A DNA stretch of 64,000 bases from an uncultured Gammaproteobacteria bacterium. GTDB lineage: Bacteria; Patescibacteriota; Microgenomatia; Levybacterales; UBA12049. The stretch's first letter is position 1, and each line of letters opens with the position of its first letter. Positions 18,621 to 27,628 of the stretch are shown here, in pieces. The DNA lies in the NCBI GenBank assembly GCA_964635045.1, contig CAZWMJ010000003.1, forward strand, positions 12,011-76,010, given 5' to 3'. The notes under the pieces were generated by a model that saw only the letters and a program-made list of their open reading frames with translations, did not search any database and was not told the DNA's origin. The position numbers and the translations under genes were made by a program.

Positions 18621-19895
18621 ATGAATTTTCATAGGACTGTCTTGCCAAATGGTCTTCGTTTAATTCTTATTCCGATGGAGTCGGTGAAAAGCGTCACCGC
18701 GCTGGTGATGGTGGGGGCGGGCAGCCGCTATGAAACCAGAGACAACAACGGAGTCTCTCATTTTCTGGAACACATGGCCTTCAAAGGCACCAAAAAAAGG
18801 CCCTCCGCAATTTTAATTTCCAGTCTGATTGACGGCATCGGCGGAGAATTTAACGCTTTTACTTCCAAAGAAACCACCGGTTACTATATCAAATCATCAT
18901 CAAACCATATCAATTTACTGCTGGATGTGCTTTCCGACATGCTGAGAAATTCGCTTTTTGACGCCAAAGAGATTGACAAAGAGCGGGGAGTAATCCTCGA
19001 AGAAATAAATCTTTACGAGGATACGCCGGTCCGCAAAATCGGCGATGTCTATGAACAGCTTCTGTACGGGGACACGCCGATGGGGTGGGATGTGGCAGGC
19101 CAAAAAGAAATTATCAAAAAAATAGACCGTCAAAATTTCATTTCTTACATGGAAAGTTTGTACAGCCCGCACAATATGACAGTGGTGGTGGCCGGAGGGT
19201 TTAAATCGTCGGCAGTAACAGAACTGGTCCAAAAATATTTTGGGCAGATGGCGCGTTTCAAAACTAAGCCGGCTGAAAAGGTTATTGAAAAGCAAATAAA
19301 ACCCAGCCTTTTCATCAAACAAAAAAATACCGAACAGGCGCATCTGGCTTTGGGCGTTCGCACTTTTCCGGTACACGACAGCCGCCGCTACATACTGTCT
19401 GTTTTGGCCACCATTTTGGGTGGGGGAATGAGCAGTAGGCTCTTTCATGAAGTGCGGGAAAAACGCGGCCTTGCCTATTATGTCCGCTCCAGCAATGAAC
19501 ATTATGATGATTGCGGAAGTTTGGTTTCCACCTCCGGCGTTGATCCAAAGCGCATCGAAGAAGCGATAACCGTGATACTTGATCAGTATCACAGAATTTC
19601 CAATTTCCAATTTCCAATTTCCAATGAGGAGTTAGCAAAGGCCAAAGAATACATGAAAGGGCATCTTATTTTGGAGTTGGAAGACAGCCGGGCGGTGGCC
19701 GGTTTTTACGGCTCGCAGGAGATATTGGAGAGGAAAATAGAGACGCCGGATGAGGCGATTGCCAAAATTAAAGCGGTGACTGTGGAAGAGCTGGAAGCAG
19801 TGGCCAAAGAGATTTTTAGGCCGGAAAGATTAAACCTGGCCGTGATCGGCCAATTTGACTCTGGACAAAGATTTGAAAAACTGCTACAAATGTAA
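18621..19895 (+). CDS. M16 family zinc peptidase
   Basis: HFLEH inverted zinc motif, NAFT, and SSRLFHEVREKRGLAY. Confidence 0.93.
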   Translation: MNFHRTVLPNGLRLILIPMESVKSVTALVMVGAGSRYETRDNNGVSHFLEHMAFKGTKKRPSAILISSLIDGIGGEFNAFTSKETTGYYIKSSSNHINLLLDVLSDMLRNSLFDAKEIDKERGVILEEINLYEDTPVRKIGDVYEQLLYGDTPMGWDVAGQKEIIKKIDRQNFISYMESLYSPHNMTVVVAGGFKSSAVTELVQKYFGQMARFKTKPAEKVIEKQIKPSLFIKQKNTEQAHLALGVRTFPVHDSRRYILSVLATILGGGMSSRLFHEVREKRGLAYYVRSSNEHYDDCGSLVSTSGVDPKRIEEAITVILDQYHRISNFQFPISNEELAKAKEYMKGHLILELEDSRAVAGFYGSQEILERKIETPDEAIAKIKAVTVEELEAVAKEIFRPERLNLAVIGQFDSGQRFEKLLQM

Positions 19896-19975
19896 ATAGG
19901 ACTTAAGGAATAAAGGATTAAAGCGATAAGTATTTATTATTTATCACTTAAATCTTTTAATCTTAAATTCTTAAT

Positions 19976-20440
19976 ATGGAGCATTCTGTTGTACTAGTTA
20001 AGCCCGATGGTGTGCAAAGAGGTTTGGTGGGGGAGATTATTCACCGCTTTGAACAAAAAGGATTAAAGCTGGTTGGCTTGAAGATGACTGTCCTTGATGA
20101 TTCGCTGCTTGATAAATGGTACGCTCATCACAAAGACAAGTCCTTTTTTGGAAAGCTTAAAACCTACATGAAGTCGTATCCGGTGGTGGCCATGCTGTGG
20201 GAAGGGGTGGAGGCGGTGGCAGTTATTCGCCAGATGACGGGAGTAACTTTGGGCCGTCAGGCCGCGCCCGACACCATTCGGGGCGATTTGTCCATGAGCC
20301 AGCAATTTAATCTTGTTCATGCCTCGGAAAGTAGGGACACTGCCCAAAAAGAAGAGAACCTGCTGTTTAGTCCAACGGAGATTTTTAAGTGGGAAAAACT
20401 GGACCGCAGTCAAATCTATACCGAAGAAGAACTGGGATAA
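19976..20440 (+). CDS. ndk: nucleoside diphosphate kinase
   Basis: VKPDGVQRGL, TIRGD and NLVHAS motifs. Confidence 0.95.
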   Translation: MEHSVVLVKPDGVQRGLVGEIIHRFEQKGLKLVGLKMTVLDDSLLDKWYAHHKDKSFFGKLKTYMKSYPVVAMLWEGVEAVAVIRQMTGVTLGRQAAPDTIRGDLSMSQQFNLVHASESRDTAQKEENLLFSPTEIFKWEKLDRSQIYTEEELG

Positions 20441-20445
20441 GATGT

Positions 20446-21930
20446 TCACGCAGCGGGAAATGGTAAACCGAGCCTTCGACGAGCAATATATTGGGCTGCT
20501 AAATCTAAGGGATCAACAGGAATTTTTCCTCTGTAGTCTTTTAACCCTTTCCATATTTGGGAAATTTCTGTAAGTGCAAAAACAACATAGGTAGATTCAA
20601 GTTTTTCTTCTTTTAGTAATTGACCTTTTTTGTCGTGTTCTCTATGGACGTGGAAAAGGATATCACGAAGATAGGTAAGCGCTCTTTCTGGGGGAGCCCC
20701 TGTTTTAACAGCATGTGCAAGCGCTACTACTTTTTCCAAAGCCCAGGGATTCAACATCTCAACTGCGATGCCCGCTTTACGAAGTTCTTCTAGGTATGGG
20801 CCATGTTCATCTTGTGCGACTTCAGGGATACCAATTAAGGCTACTTGGTTTACTCCCATAGTTTTAAGATATCTTGCAGTTACTTCCGGTAAAGTCACTA
20901 CTTCCGTCTTCGACCCCTCCAACAAGTCTCGAATAGCGGGTGTAAATACAGGCGTTGTATTACACGCAAGAGTTATTACATCAGGATCATGTTTCATCAT
21001 TTCTAAAATCTCTCTTGAAAGGCCTGCCCAAACTAAAGGACTGCGAACACGATTTTCGATAGAATATCCCATTTCGGGGATAGAGATAGTTTCTATGCGA
21101 GGCATATAGATATCTCGTGCTGGAACACCCATTTCTCTAAGTAACTGTCGAGTATGAAAGTTAATAAGTGTTTTGAATAGATCGCCGGATTCAGGTGGAT
21201 TGCCAGTCACAATGTTTATTTTTCCACGTAAGTGCGATCTTTCTAAAGTGTTCTCCGTTTCTTTTGCAATATCTGATATTTGGGTATCGACTATACTAGA
21301 AAATAGTTGCTGAGGATTAAATTCAACCCCCCACGTATATCCTCCTGCATTAGTTGTAACTGTAAAAGGCTCAACAGTTAGGGGTGATAAGACATCTGGG
21401 TCAACAATATGAATAAAAGGAGTTTTTATCATATGTCTTTCACCGTTTCTTCCACGGACAAGTTTAGCATTTGACAAAGGATGTACTAGTCCGCGACCTA
21501 CGCCTAATTGATCTAGGGTTTCGTTACTAGCAAACATTATAGGGTTATTTAGACCTAAAACTTTGTTTAGTTTTTCAAAATCAACTTCTTCATCGCCCCG
21601 AACATGAGTCATGATTAGAATAGGTTTTCCAGCCCGATCAAATGATTGCCATAAACCTGTTTTTAATTCTTGGGCAAGGAGCACACCTCTCTCTCCATAC
21701 TGAAATCTATTATGTGCTGCCTCAGCGCAGCCTTCTGAATGAGGATTTCGGCTTAATAAGAACCAGATGTTAGCCCCAGTCAAAACATTAATTGTATTTC
21801 TGACCTCGTAGGGGACATATCTTTCTCCCTTTGAGCGATCGAGTAAGGTCTTAGCCGCATCCAATTGCCACTCACGGTAAGACCTTGGATCACCAAGACC
21901 TAATGAAAATTCAACCCCACCTCGTTGCAT
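20446..21930 (-). CDS. putative YbaK-like domain fused to an Asp/Glu racemase-like domain
   Basis: N-terminal ELKT...VRGD...GLVHP...NAG pattern. C-terminal IVTGNPPESG, LACNT and ALTE motifs. Confidence 0.6.
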   Translation of the reverse strand: MQRGGVEFSLGLGDPRSYREWQLDAAKTLLDRSKGERYVPYEVRNTINVLTGANIWFLLSRNPHSEGCAEAAHNRFQYGERGVLLAQELKTGLWQSFDRAGKPILIMTHVRGDEEVDFEKLNKVLGLNNPIMFASNETLDQLGVGRGLVHPLSNAKLVRGRNGERHMIKTPFIHIVDPDVLSPLTVEPFTVTTNAGGYTWGVEFNPQQLFSSIVDTQISDIAKETENTLERSHLRGKINIVTGNPPESGDLFKTLINFHTRQLLREMGVPARDIYMPRIETISIPEMGYSIENRVRSPLVWAGLSREILEMMKHDPDVITLACNTTPVFTPAIRDLLEGSKTEVVTLPEVTARYLKTMGVNQVALIGIPEVAQDEHGPYLEELRKAGIAVEMLNPWALEKVVALAHAVKTGAPPERALTYLRDILFHVHREHDKKGQLLKEEKLESTYVVFALTEISQIWKGLKDYRGKIPVDPLDLAAQYIARRRLGLPFPAA

Positions 21931-22042
21931 AGTGCACCCTCCTACTATAGGATAGGAAAGTATTTAACCATACCAGTTGTTTTTTGTAAAATTTATGCTA
22001 TAATATTACAAACATTACAATTTGTAATAAATATTACATATT

Positions 22043-22687
22043 ATGGTTACTGTGGCCAAGGCTGTTTCGGAAATTATTAAGACAGACGAATTGGGTTTAG
22101 AAGCCTTTCGTGCAGGAATATTAAATTTGAGCGCCTACGCAGAGAAGATTCAAAAACGGGTTGAGGCCATTACTTTTAAACAGGTAAAAAAGGGGACAAT
22201 TACCGTGGCGCTATCTAGAACCACTAAAGGTTTACCTACGGTTCCTTTACACTCCCAGCTTATAGTTAGTAATATTGCTGTTAAGTCTTCTTTATCGGCG
22301 CTCACGTTTGATAAAACACCCGAGGTTTATAGAAAAATATCTATTTTAAATCCTTTTATTTTACTTTTGCACGATTTATTCGCTGTGGTGGAGGGCCCGT
22401 CTGAAGTAACAATAGTCTATTCCGAAAGATCAAACGAAACCATTTTAAACCACTTTGCCACCAAACCCAAAGCGGAATATGATAATTTAGCTGCTATTAC
22501 GGTGCAAATACCCAAGAAATTAGCAGATACCCCAAACGTTGTTTATAGCTTCCTAAGCGTTCTTGCGGTAAAAAGAATTCATGTGATCCAGATAGTGACA
22601 ACATTTGCAGAGACTTCCTTCATTATTAAAAAAGAAGATATGGAAGAATCGTTGAAATCTTTAAATACCTTTTATGAAAAATCCTAA
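22043..22687 (+). CDS. ACT-domain protein, paralog of 11117..11767
   Basis: LNLSAYA...KKGTITVAL and PNVVYSFLSVLAVKRIHVIQIVT align with the first paralog. Confidence 0.72.
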   Translation: MVTVAKAVSEIIKTDELGLEAFRAGILNLSAYAEKIQKRVEAITFKQVKKGTITVALSRTTKGLPTVPLHSQLIVSNIAVKSSLSALTFDKTPEVYRKISILNPFILLLHDLFAVVEGPSEVTIVYSERSNETILNHFATKPKAEYDNLAAITVQIPKKLADTPNVVYSFLSVLAVKRIHVIQIVTTFAETSFIIKKEDMEESLKSLNTFYEKS

Positions 22688-23198
22688 TTCTATTCATTTT
22701 ATTATGACCGGAGGAACTATTGATTTTATATGGGATAGTAGGCAGGATAGTATGATCGTAAACAAACAATCAAGAGTTCCAGATTTTTTTGCAAAATATT
22801 ATCTGGACAAAAATATGATGTTTACGCAAGTCTGTATGAAAGATTCGCGCGCATTAACAACGGACGACTTAAAAGCAATAAAAAAAACGGTTGAGGAAAG
22901 TCCTTGCACTAAAATAGTAATTACTCATGGAACATATACCATGCCTGACACTGCTCAGTTTTTGACAAAAGGATTAAAAAGGACTGACCAAACGATTGTT
23001 TTAACCGGTTCTTCAACACCGCTGATTGGGTTTGAACTGTCAGAGGCCGTTTTTAACTTGGGTTTTGCAGTGGCAAAGGTGCAAGATTTACCCAACGGAG
23101 TCTATGTATCTATATTAGGTCGGACATTAACTTCACAAGAGATGGATAGAAGCATAAAGGCGGGAAAGTTTTTTGAAATTTTTGGTATTAATGGATAA
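22674..23198 (+). CDS. short asparaginase-family protein (N-terminal domain only)
   Basis: TGGTID, THGTYTM and IVLTGS motifs. Confidence 0.85.
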   Translation: MKNPNSIHFIMTGGTIDFIWDSRQDSMIVNKQSRVPDFFAKYYLDKNMMFTQVCMKDSRALTTDDLKAIKKTVEESPCTKIVITHGTYTMPDTAQFLTKGLKRTDQTIVLTGSSTPLIGFELSEAVFNLGFAVAKVQDLPNGVYVSILGRTLTSQEMDRSIKAGKFFEIFGING

Positions 23199-23981
23199 TT
23201 AAACTTGATTTTGAAGTACAAATTTATAGAGAAGAATTGCAAACAAGACCGTTATTAGATAAGAAATTATCACTCCTAAAAAAATTCCATACAAAGGTAC
23301 AAAAAAATAAAAAGCTACTGCAAAAAGAATAGTTCCTATAGTCCCATGAGGGATTGTGCGAGCGGTTGATGCTGTATAGTTAATGCCGTGGGTTTTTGAC
23401 AGTAATATGAGTGAAGAAAAAATACCAGCCGGAAAACTTCCCATTAAACCACCCCAAAGTGGTCCTAACAATTTAGCTAATAAAACAGCAGTTGCTATAA
23501 CTCCTCCTGAAAATAATACTCGAAAAAGGAAATTTTGTAGCGTTGATTTAAAAGCAGTAGGTTTTCTGTGGGGATAGCTATTAAGAAAAAGAATTGTAAT
23601 GAGAGTAATAATAGCGGCAAGAAGCAGTGATATCCAGATATTCTTTAAATTTATTAGAAGTAGTGGGAGGGTAAAAATAAACCAAACAAGCGCCCCGCCC
23701 CCAGATGCTAAAATTCGACCATATTTGTAGAAACGAATGAACGCTATGATGAAAAAAGAGTTTAGCGCCACGGCTACAGGTACAATTGGGATGGCGGCAA
23801 CAGCTTCTTTGGAGCTTTGGGTCCAGGCAAGAAAAATAAGAGTGAGAAGGATGGTAGAGGGAAGACCAATAAAGAGTCCGCCAATTTTTGATCCGTATCT
23901 TTCTGATAGCCAAATTGTTGTCGCAATATAGGTGCCACCAAAAAGAAAAGACAGTAATAATTTAATCGCGAATAGGTCCAT
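23199..23981 (-). CDS. membrane protein, DUF3147-like internal repeat
   Basis: Two repeats of GG...G(S/P)xxGGL..(L/F)P with about 8 TM helices. Confidence 0.65.
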   Translation of the reverse strand: MDLFAIKLLLSFLFGGTYIATTIWLSERYGSKIGGLFIGLPSTILLTLIFLAWTQSSKEAVAAIPIVPVAVALNSFFIIAFIRFYKYGRILASGGGALVWFIFTLPLLLINLKNIWISLLLAAIITLITILFLNSYPHRKPTAFKSTLQNFLFRVLFSGGVIATAVLLAKLLGPLWGGLMGSFPAGIFSSLILLSKTHGINYTASTARTIPHGTIGTILFAVAFYFFVPLYGIFLGVIISYLITVLFAILLYKFVLQNQV

Positions 23982-24124
23982 AAATAGTATTATAACACTT
24001 TTTATCTTCCCGCATTCTCACACAAATTCAATAATTAATCGCCACCCCTCTTTTTAGTAGGGAGTTTCAGTCAAAAAATGGATGCCAAACTTGATAGACT
24101 TCAAAATATTCTTGATGGATTTGT

Positions 24125-24167
24125 TGGGCGGGGTAACTGGATTCGAACCAGTGACCTCTCGGTCCCG
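24125..24167 (-). pseudogene. 3' half of a second tRNA-Pro(CGG)
   Basis: Minus strand reads CGG GA CCGAG AGGTC ACTGG TTCGAAT CCAGT TACCCCG C CCA. Confidence 0.75.
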
Positions 24168-24182
24168 CCCGCCTAAATTCTG

Positions 24183-24254
24183 TCGGGGATGACAGATTTG
24201 AACTGTCGACCTCTCGGTCCCGAACCGAGCGCGCTACCGCTGCGCCAATCCCCG
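24183..24254 (-). tRNA. tRNA-Pro(CGG)
   Basis: Cloverleaf folded by hand: CGGGGAT/ATCCCCG acceptor, CTCGG-TTCGGGA-CCGAG anticodon arm, GACAG-TTCAAAT-CTGTC T arm. Confidence 0.93.
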
Positions 24255-24370
24255 AATTTTTGGCGGGCTACCGACCCGCTTCGCCCAAGCTTCAGCGAGG
24301 CGAGTGAACTAGTCTCCGCAGCTTTTTTCATTGTATTTTATTGTATCTTCAAATGCAAATTATTACATGA

Positions 24371-24393
24371 TGGATAGAGCAGTCCCGTTCTAG
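24371..24393 (+). pseudogene. D-loop/anticodon 5' fragment of a tRNA-Arg-like gene
   Basis: TGGATAGAGCA-GTCCC-GT-TCT-AG parallels TGGATAGAGCA-CCCCG-GT-CCT-AA in the intact tRNA-Arg. Confidence 0.5.
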
Positions 24394-24428
24394 TTAACAA
24401 ATGAGGTTTTATATAGTACTTTAGAATA

Positions 24429-25091
24429 ATGAGTAAAATAAGGTTAACACAGATAAAAATTCAGAAAATTAAAAAATTGAGAAGTCAGGGATGCAGTTTG
24501 CCTGAAATTAGCAATGAATTACATATTCCGAAGACAACGGTATTTAGATATGTTCAAGACGTCGAGATTTTGCCGGAGTTTTTAAGAGACTGGTCGATTA
24601 AGCGGGGAGGAAGCAGAAAAAGAAAGTTGCTAAAAGAAACAAAAGCATATGAAGAAGGCAAAAAGCTGGTTGGAAAATTGTCTGATAAGGAGAAAGCACT
24701 ATTTTTATCAGCTCTTTACTGGGCAGAAGGCAGTAAAGGAGATTTTGGATTATCTAATACAGATGGGATGCTTATTAAGATATTTGTAACAGGATTGCGA
24801 GAAGTATTTCATGTTACAGATGAGAGGTTAAGAATAAGCGTGCGTTTATATGAGGATTTAGATAAGGAAAAAAGCTTGTCTTTTTGGTCGCAAATTGTTA
24901 ATATACCAAAGGAAAGGTTCGTGGGAGTTAACATTCTTGCTGGAAAGAAAAAAGGAAAGCTTGAGCATGGAATGTGTAGAGTTAGAGTGTTAAAAGGAGG
25001 AGACCTGCTTAAAAAGGTAAATGGAATCAATAAGGCTGTTATTGAAGCGTTTGTCCCTATAGCTCAATTGGATAGAGCACCCCGGTCCTAA
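24429..25091 (+). CDS. HTH plus LAGLIDADG-like putative endonuclease
   Basis: N-terminal HTH (LRSQGCSLPEISNELHIPKTTV), LSALYWAEGSK helix, then SNTD and FWS motifs. C-terminus overlaps tRNA-Arg. Confidence 0.7.
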   Translation: MSKIRLTQIKIQKIKKLRSQGCSLPEISNELHIPKTTVFRYVQDVEILPEFLRDWSIKRGGSRKRKLLKETKAYEEGKKLVGKLSDKEKALFLSALYWAEGSKGDFGLSNTDGMLIKIFVTGLREVFHVTDERLRISVRLYEDLDKEKSLSFWSQIVNIPKERFVGVNILAGKKKGKLEHGMCRVRVLKGGDLLKKVNGINKAVIEAFVPIAQLDRAPRS

Positions 25092-25126
25092 CGGGGAGAT
25101 TCCCAGTTCGAGTCTGGGTAGGGATA
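25053..25126 (+). tRNA. tRNA-Arg(CCT)
   Basis: GTCCCTA/TAGGGAT acceptor, CCCCG-GTCCTAA-CGGGG anticodon arm, CCCAG-TTCGAGT-CTGGG T arm. Confidence 0.92.
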
Positions 25127-25128
25127 CA

Positions 25129-26325
25129 TTATTTTAGACTCACCGTGTACAGATTGGGGGAAATGGCGGGATTGCCAAGATTAGTCAGTACGACTACCTT
25201 TGATCCATTAGGCCATGGAAATACATAGTTATCCAAAAAGGGTCCGGCATAGATGGTGGTGGCATTGGTGCCGTCATATTCCATCACCTCTATTTTTTTA
25301 TCGTGAACATAAACAAGATGTCTTGAGTCGGGAAACCAAGTTAGAGGAGATGGGGAATTAGCCAGAGAATCAAGCGCTTTGAAGTTTTTATCCTCTTTAA
25401 TGTCATAGACATAAACAGCGTCTTTTTTTATATCTCTCTGCTCCGCTGTCGAATCAGCGCCTATCAGTCTGGGGGAGATGATGATGGGGAGAGTGGCGGA
25501 ACTACTTGCCTGATAAAGAATCTTTGTCTCATCCGGCGACCAGGAGACGATATTGAAATTATCATTAATTTGTTTTTGCAAAGCGGGTTTAAGGCCGCTG
25601 AGGCGGGCTTTTTCTTTTTCGTTTTTTTCCTGCTGCTGAGCTTCTTTGAGGCTGGCAATAGTGGCCGTCACATCTTTGGGATCCTGATTAAAGCCCCCGG
25701 CGCTTAATAAATATATGGTTTGATCGCTGTTGTCCCGGGAAATGGTGGTTAATAATTCTTTACCGTCAGGAGACCAGACAAAGTCGGCTTTGGAAAATAA
25801 GTCTGCCGTGTCGTCAGTTATTTGGCTTGCGGCCGATTGCAGGGTTAAAATGGGTTTTTGGGTCATATCCAGCACATAAATGCCGTTTTTTCTGGCCGAT
25901 TGGGAAGCGACCCGATAGGCAAGTCTCGTTAAAGATGGATCAACCACCGGATTTTCCACACCGCTTGAGGTAATATTTTCCAGTTTGGGGGCGGTGGGGA
26001 AAAGAAGTGCCTGAGCTTTCGCCACCACCTCTTTTTGGACGGTTATTTCTTTTTCCCACGGAAAATATCCTTCCTTAAAGATGCGGACTTTGTATTTTCC
26101 CGGGGATAGATTGATGGTGTTGTCGGTGGCAGTGGTCAGGTGGCCGTCAATAAATACCGAAGCGCCGTCCGGATCGCTGGTGGCCACCAAAAGTCCCGTT
26201 CCCAAAAACTCCGGCCTTCCGCTGATTATGCCGAAACGGTAGCCTCTGCCGTATAAAACAACAATGGTTGTGCCCAAAAGCAAGAATAAGAAAATTAACA
26301 GCGGGATAAGTATTTGTCTTTTCAT
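25129..26325 (-). CDS. PEGA-domain protein with a beta-propeller-like C-terminus
   Basis: TM anchor, SDPDGASVFIDG...PGKYKVRIFKEGYFPW, and repeated WSPD/WFPD/WPNG. Confidence 0.8.
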   Translation of the reverse strand: MKRQILIPLLIFLFLLLGTTIVVLYGRGYRFGIISGRPEFLGTGLLVATSDPDGASVFIDGHLTTATDNTINLSPGKYKVRIFKEGYFPWEKEITVQKEVVAKAQALLFPTAPKLENITSSGVENPVVDPSLTRLAYRVASQSARKNGIYVLDMTQKPILTLQSAASQITDDTADLFSKADFVWSPDGKELLTTISRDNSDQTIYLLSAGGFNQDPKDVTATIASLKEAQQQEKNEKEKARLSGLKPALQKQINDNFNIVSWSPDETKILYQASSSATLPIIISPRLIGADSTAEQRDIKKDAVYVYDIKEDKNFKALDSLANSPSPLTWFPDSRHLVYVHDKKIEVMEYDGTNATTIYAGPFLDNYVFPWPNGSKVVVLTNLGNPAISPNLYTVSLK

Positions 26326-26341
26326 TAAATGGTGGGCTTAC

Positions 26342-26438
26342 GGGGTCCTGTCAGAAGTTTTTCCCGTCAGTGCTCGTTCTAGTGAAGCAAGCTTCAACGA
26401 ACTGCGCGCTGTCGGGAGCCCTAACTTCTGCCACCCCC
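26342..26438. repeat. ~97-bp hairpin repeat, copy B
   Basis: Near-identical to the copy at 63661. Confidence 0.9.
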
Positions 26439-26569
26439 TATATTATACTTAATCAAAATGCTTATTGCAAGATAAAAGATGTGAGGATATAATCAAGATA
26501 GTATAAGGCTAACAAGCATTTTTGATAGAGAAGATAGATATTTTGATATAGATATTGATTTAATCGCGT

Positions 26570-27595
26570 ATGTTATTTAAGCGCATCGGCATAGATTTGG
26601 GTACGGCTAATACTTTAGTTTATCTGGTAGGCGAAGGCATTGTGCTTAACGAGCCCACGGTAGTGGCTGTCACCGCAGAAGAAGATAGAGTAGTGGCGGT
26701 GGGACGCGAGGCTAAAGAAATGCTGGGCAGAACTCCCGGCAACATTGTGGCTTTAAGACCTCTTCGTGACGGTGTGATTGCCAACTACACTATAACTGAG
26801 GCCATGCTTTCTTATTTTATTGACAAGGCTGCAGGTAAGTCGCGTTTCTTTAAGCCGGAGGTAATGGTCTGTATTCCCAGCGGAGTGACACAGGTGGAGA
26901 GACGGGCGGTTTTGGACGCCACCATGTCGGCCGGAGCCAAAATTGCTTATTTGATTGAAGAGCCTCTGGCCGCCGCCATCGGAGCTAAAATTCCCATTGC
27001 TCAAGCGGCCGGACACATGGTGGTTGATATAGGTGGCGGATCAACGGAAGCGGCAGTTATTTCACTGGGTGGTGTGGTGGTGCACAGCTCGGTTAGGGTA
27101 GCGGGCAACAAAATCGATGAAGCGATAGCCAACCACACAAAAAAGAAATTCAATTTGCTAATAGGCGAGAGAACGGCCGAGGAAATAAAGATTACCATCG
27201 GAAATGCCCTGCCGGAGGGAGGAGCGTCTAAATCAATTGCCGGGCAGGATAAAATGGAAATAAGAGGCAGAGACAGTGTGTCCGGCCTTCCGCGAACGAT
27301 AGAGTTGAGCTCGGTTCAAATCAGCGAGGCCATAAAGCCGGTCCTGTTGGATATTATCCAATCGGTCAAGGCCGTTTTGGAGCAGACACCGCCTGAGTTG
27401 GCATCGGACATTATTGATAAAGGTATTGTGATGACCGGCGGAACCTCGCTTGTCAAAAATTTTGATAAATTGATGACCCAAATAACCGGTGTTCCTTGTC
27501 ATGTGGCCGAAGATCCGCTTTTATGCGTGGTAAGGGGAACGGGAGTAGCGCTTGAGAACATAGAACTTTACAAAAGAAGTATTAGCAAAAAATAA
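26570..27595 (+). CDS. mreB: rod shape-determining actin MreB/Mbl
   Basis: GIDLGTANT, EPTVVA, VERRA, DIGGGSTE and TPPEL motifs. Confidence 0.95.
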   Translation: MLFKRIGIDLGTANTLVYLVGEGIVLNEPTVVAVTAEEDRVVAVGREAKEMLGRTPGNIVALRPLRDGVIANYTITEAMLSYFIDKAAGKSRFFKPEVMVCIPSGVTQVERRAVLDATMSAGAKIAYLIEEPLAAAIGAKIPIAQAAGHMVVDIGGGSTEAAVISLGGVVVHSSVRVAGNKIDEAIANHTKKKFNLLIGERTAEEIKITIGNALPEGGASKSIAGQDKMEIRGRDSVSGLPRTIELSSVQISEAIKPVLLDIIQSVKAVLEQTPPELASDIIDKGIVMTGGTSLVKNFDKLMTQITGVPCHVAEDPLLCVVRGTGVALENIELYKRSISKK

Positions 27596-27607
27596 ATAGA
27601 TGGTGAA

Positions 27608-27628
27608 GGGTCCTGTCAGAAGTTTTTC
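27608..27628. repeat. truncated left end of the ~97-bp repeat
   Basis: GGGTCCTGTCAGAAGTTTTTC is identical to the start of copies B and D. Confidence 0.7.

Noticed and set aside
18621-19895. M16 peptidase as the missing LysK
   Set aside because: It is an HxxEH M16 endopeptidase family member, not M20, and is separated from the lys genes by argS
24189-24377. 62-aa ORF (also 49184..49453)
   Set aside because: Antisense translation of tRNA genes and adjacent palindromes
24371-25126. Group I intron in the tRNA-Arg anticodon loop
   Set aside because: The downstream tRNA is already complete, the upstream fragment stem (GTCCC) cannot pair with its 3' stem (CGGGG), and there is no room for an intron core outside the ORF
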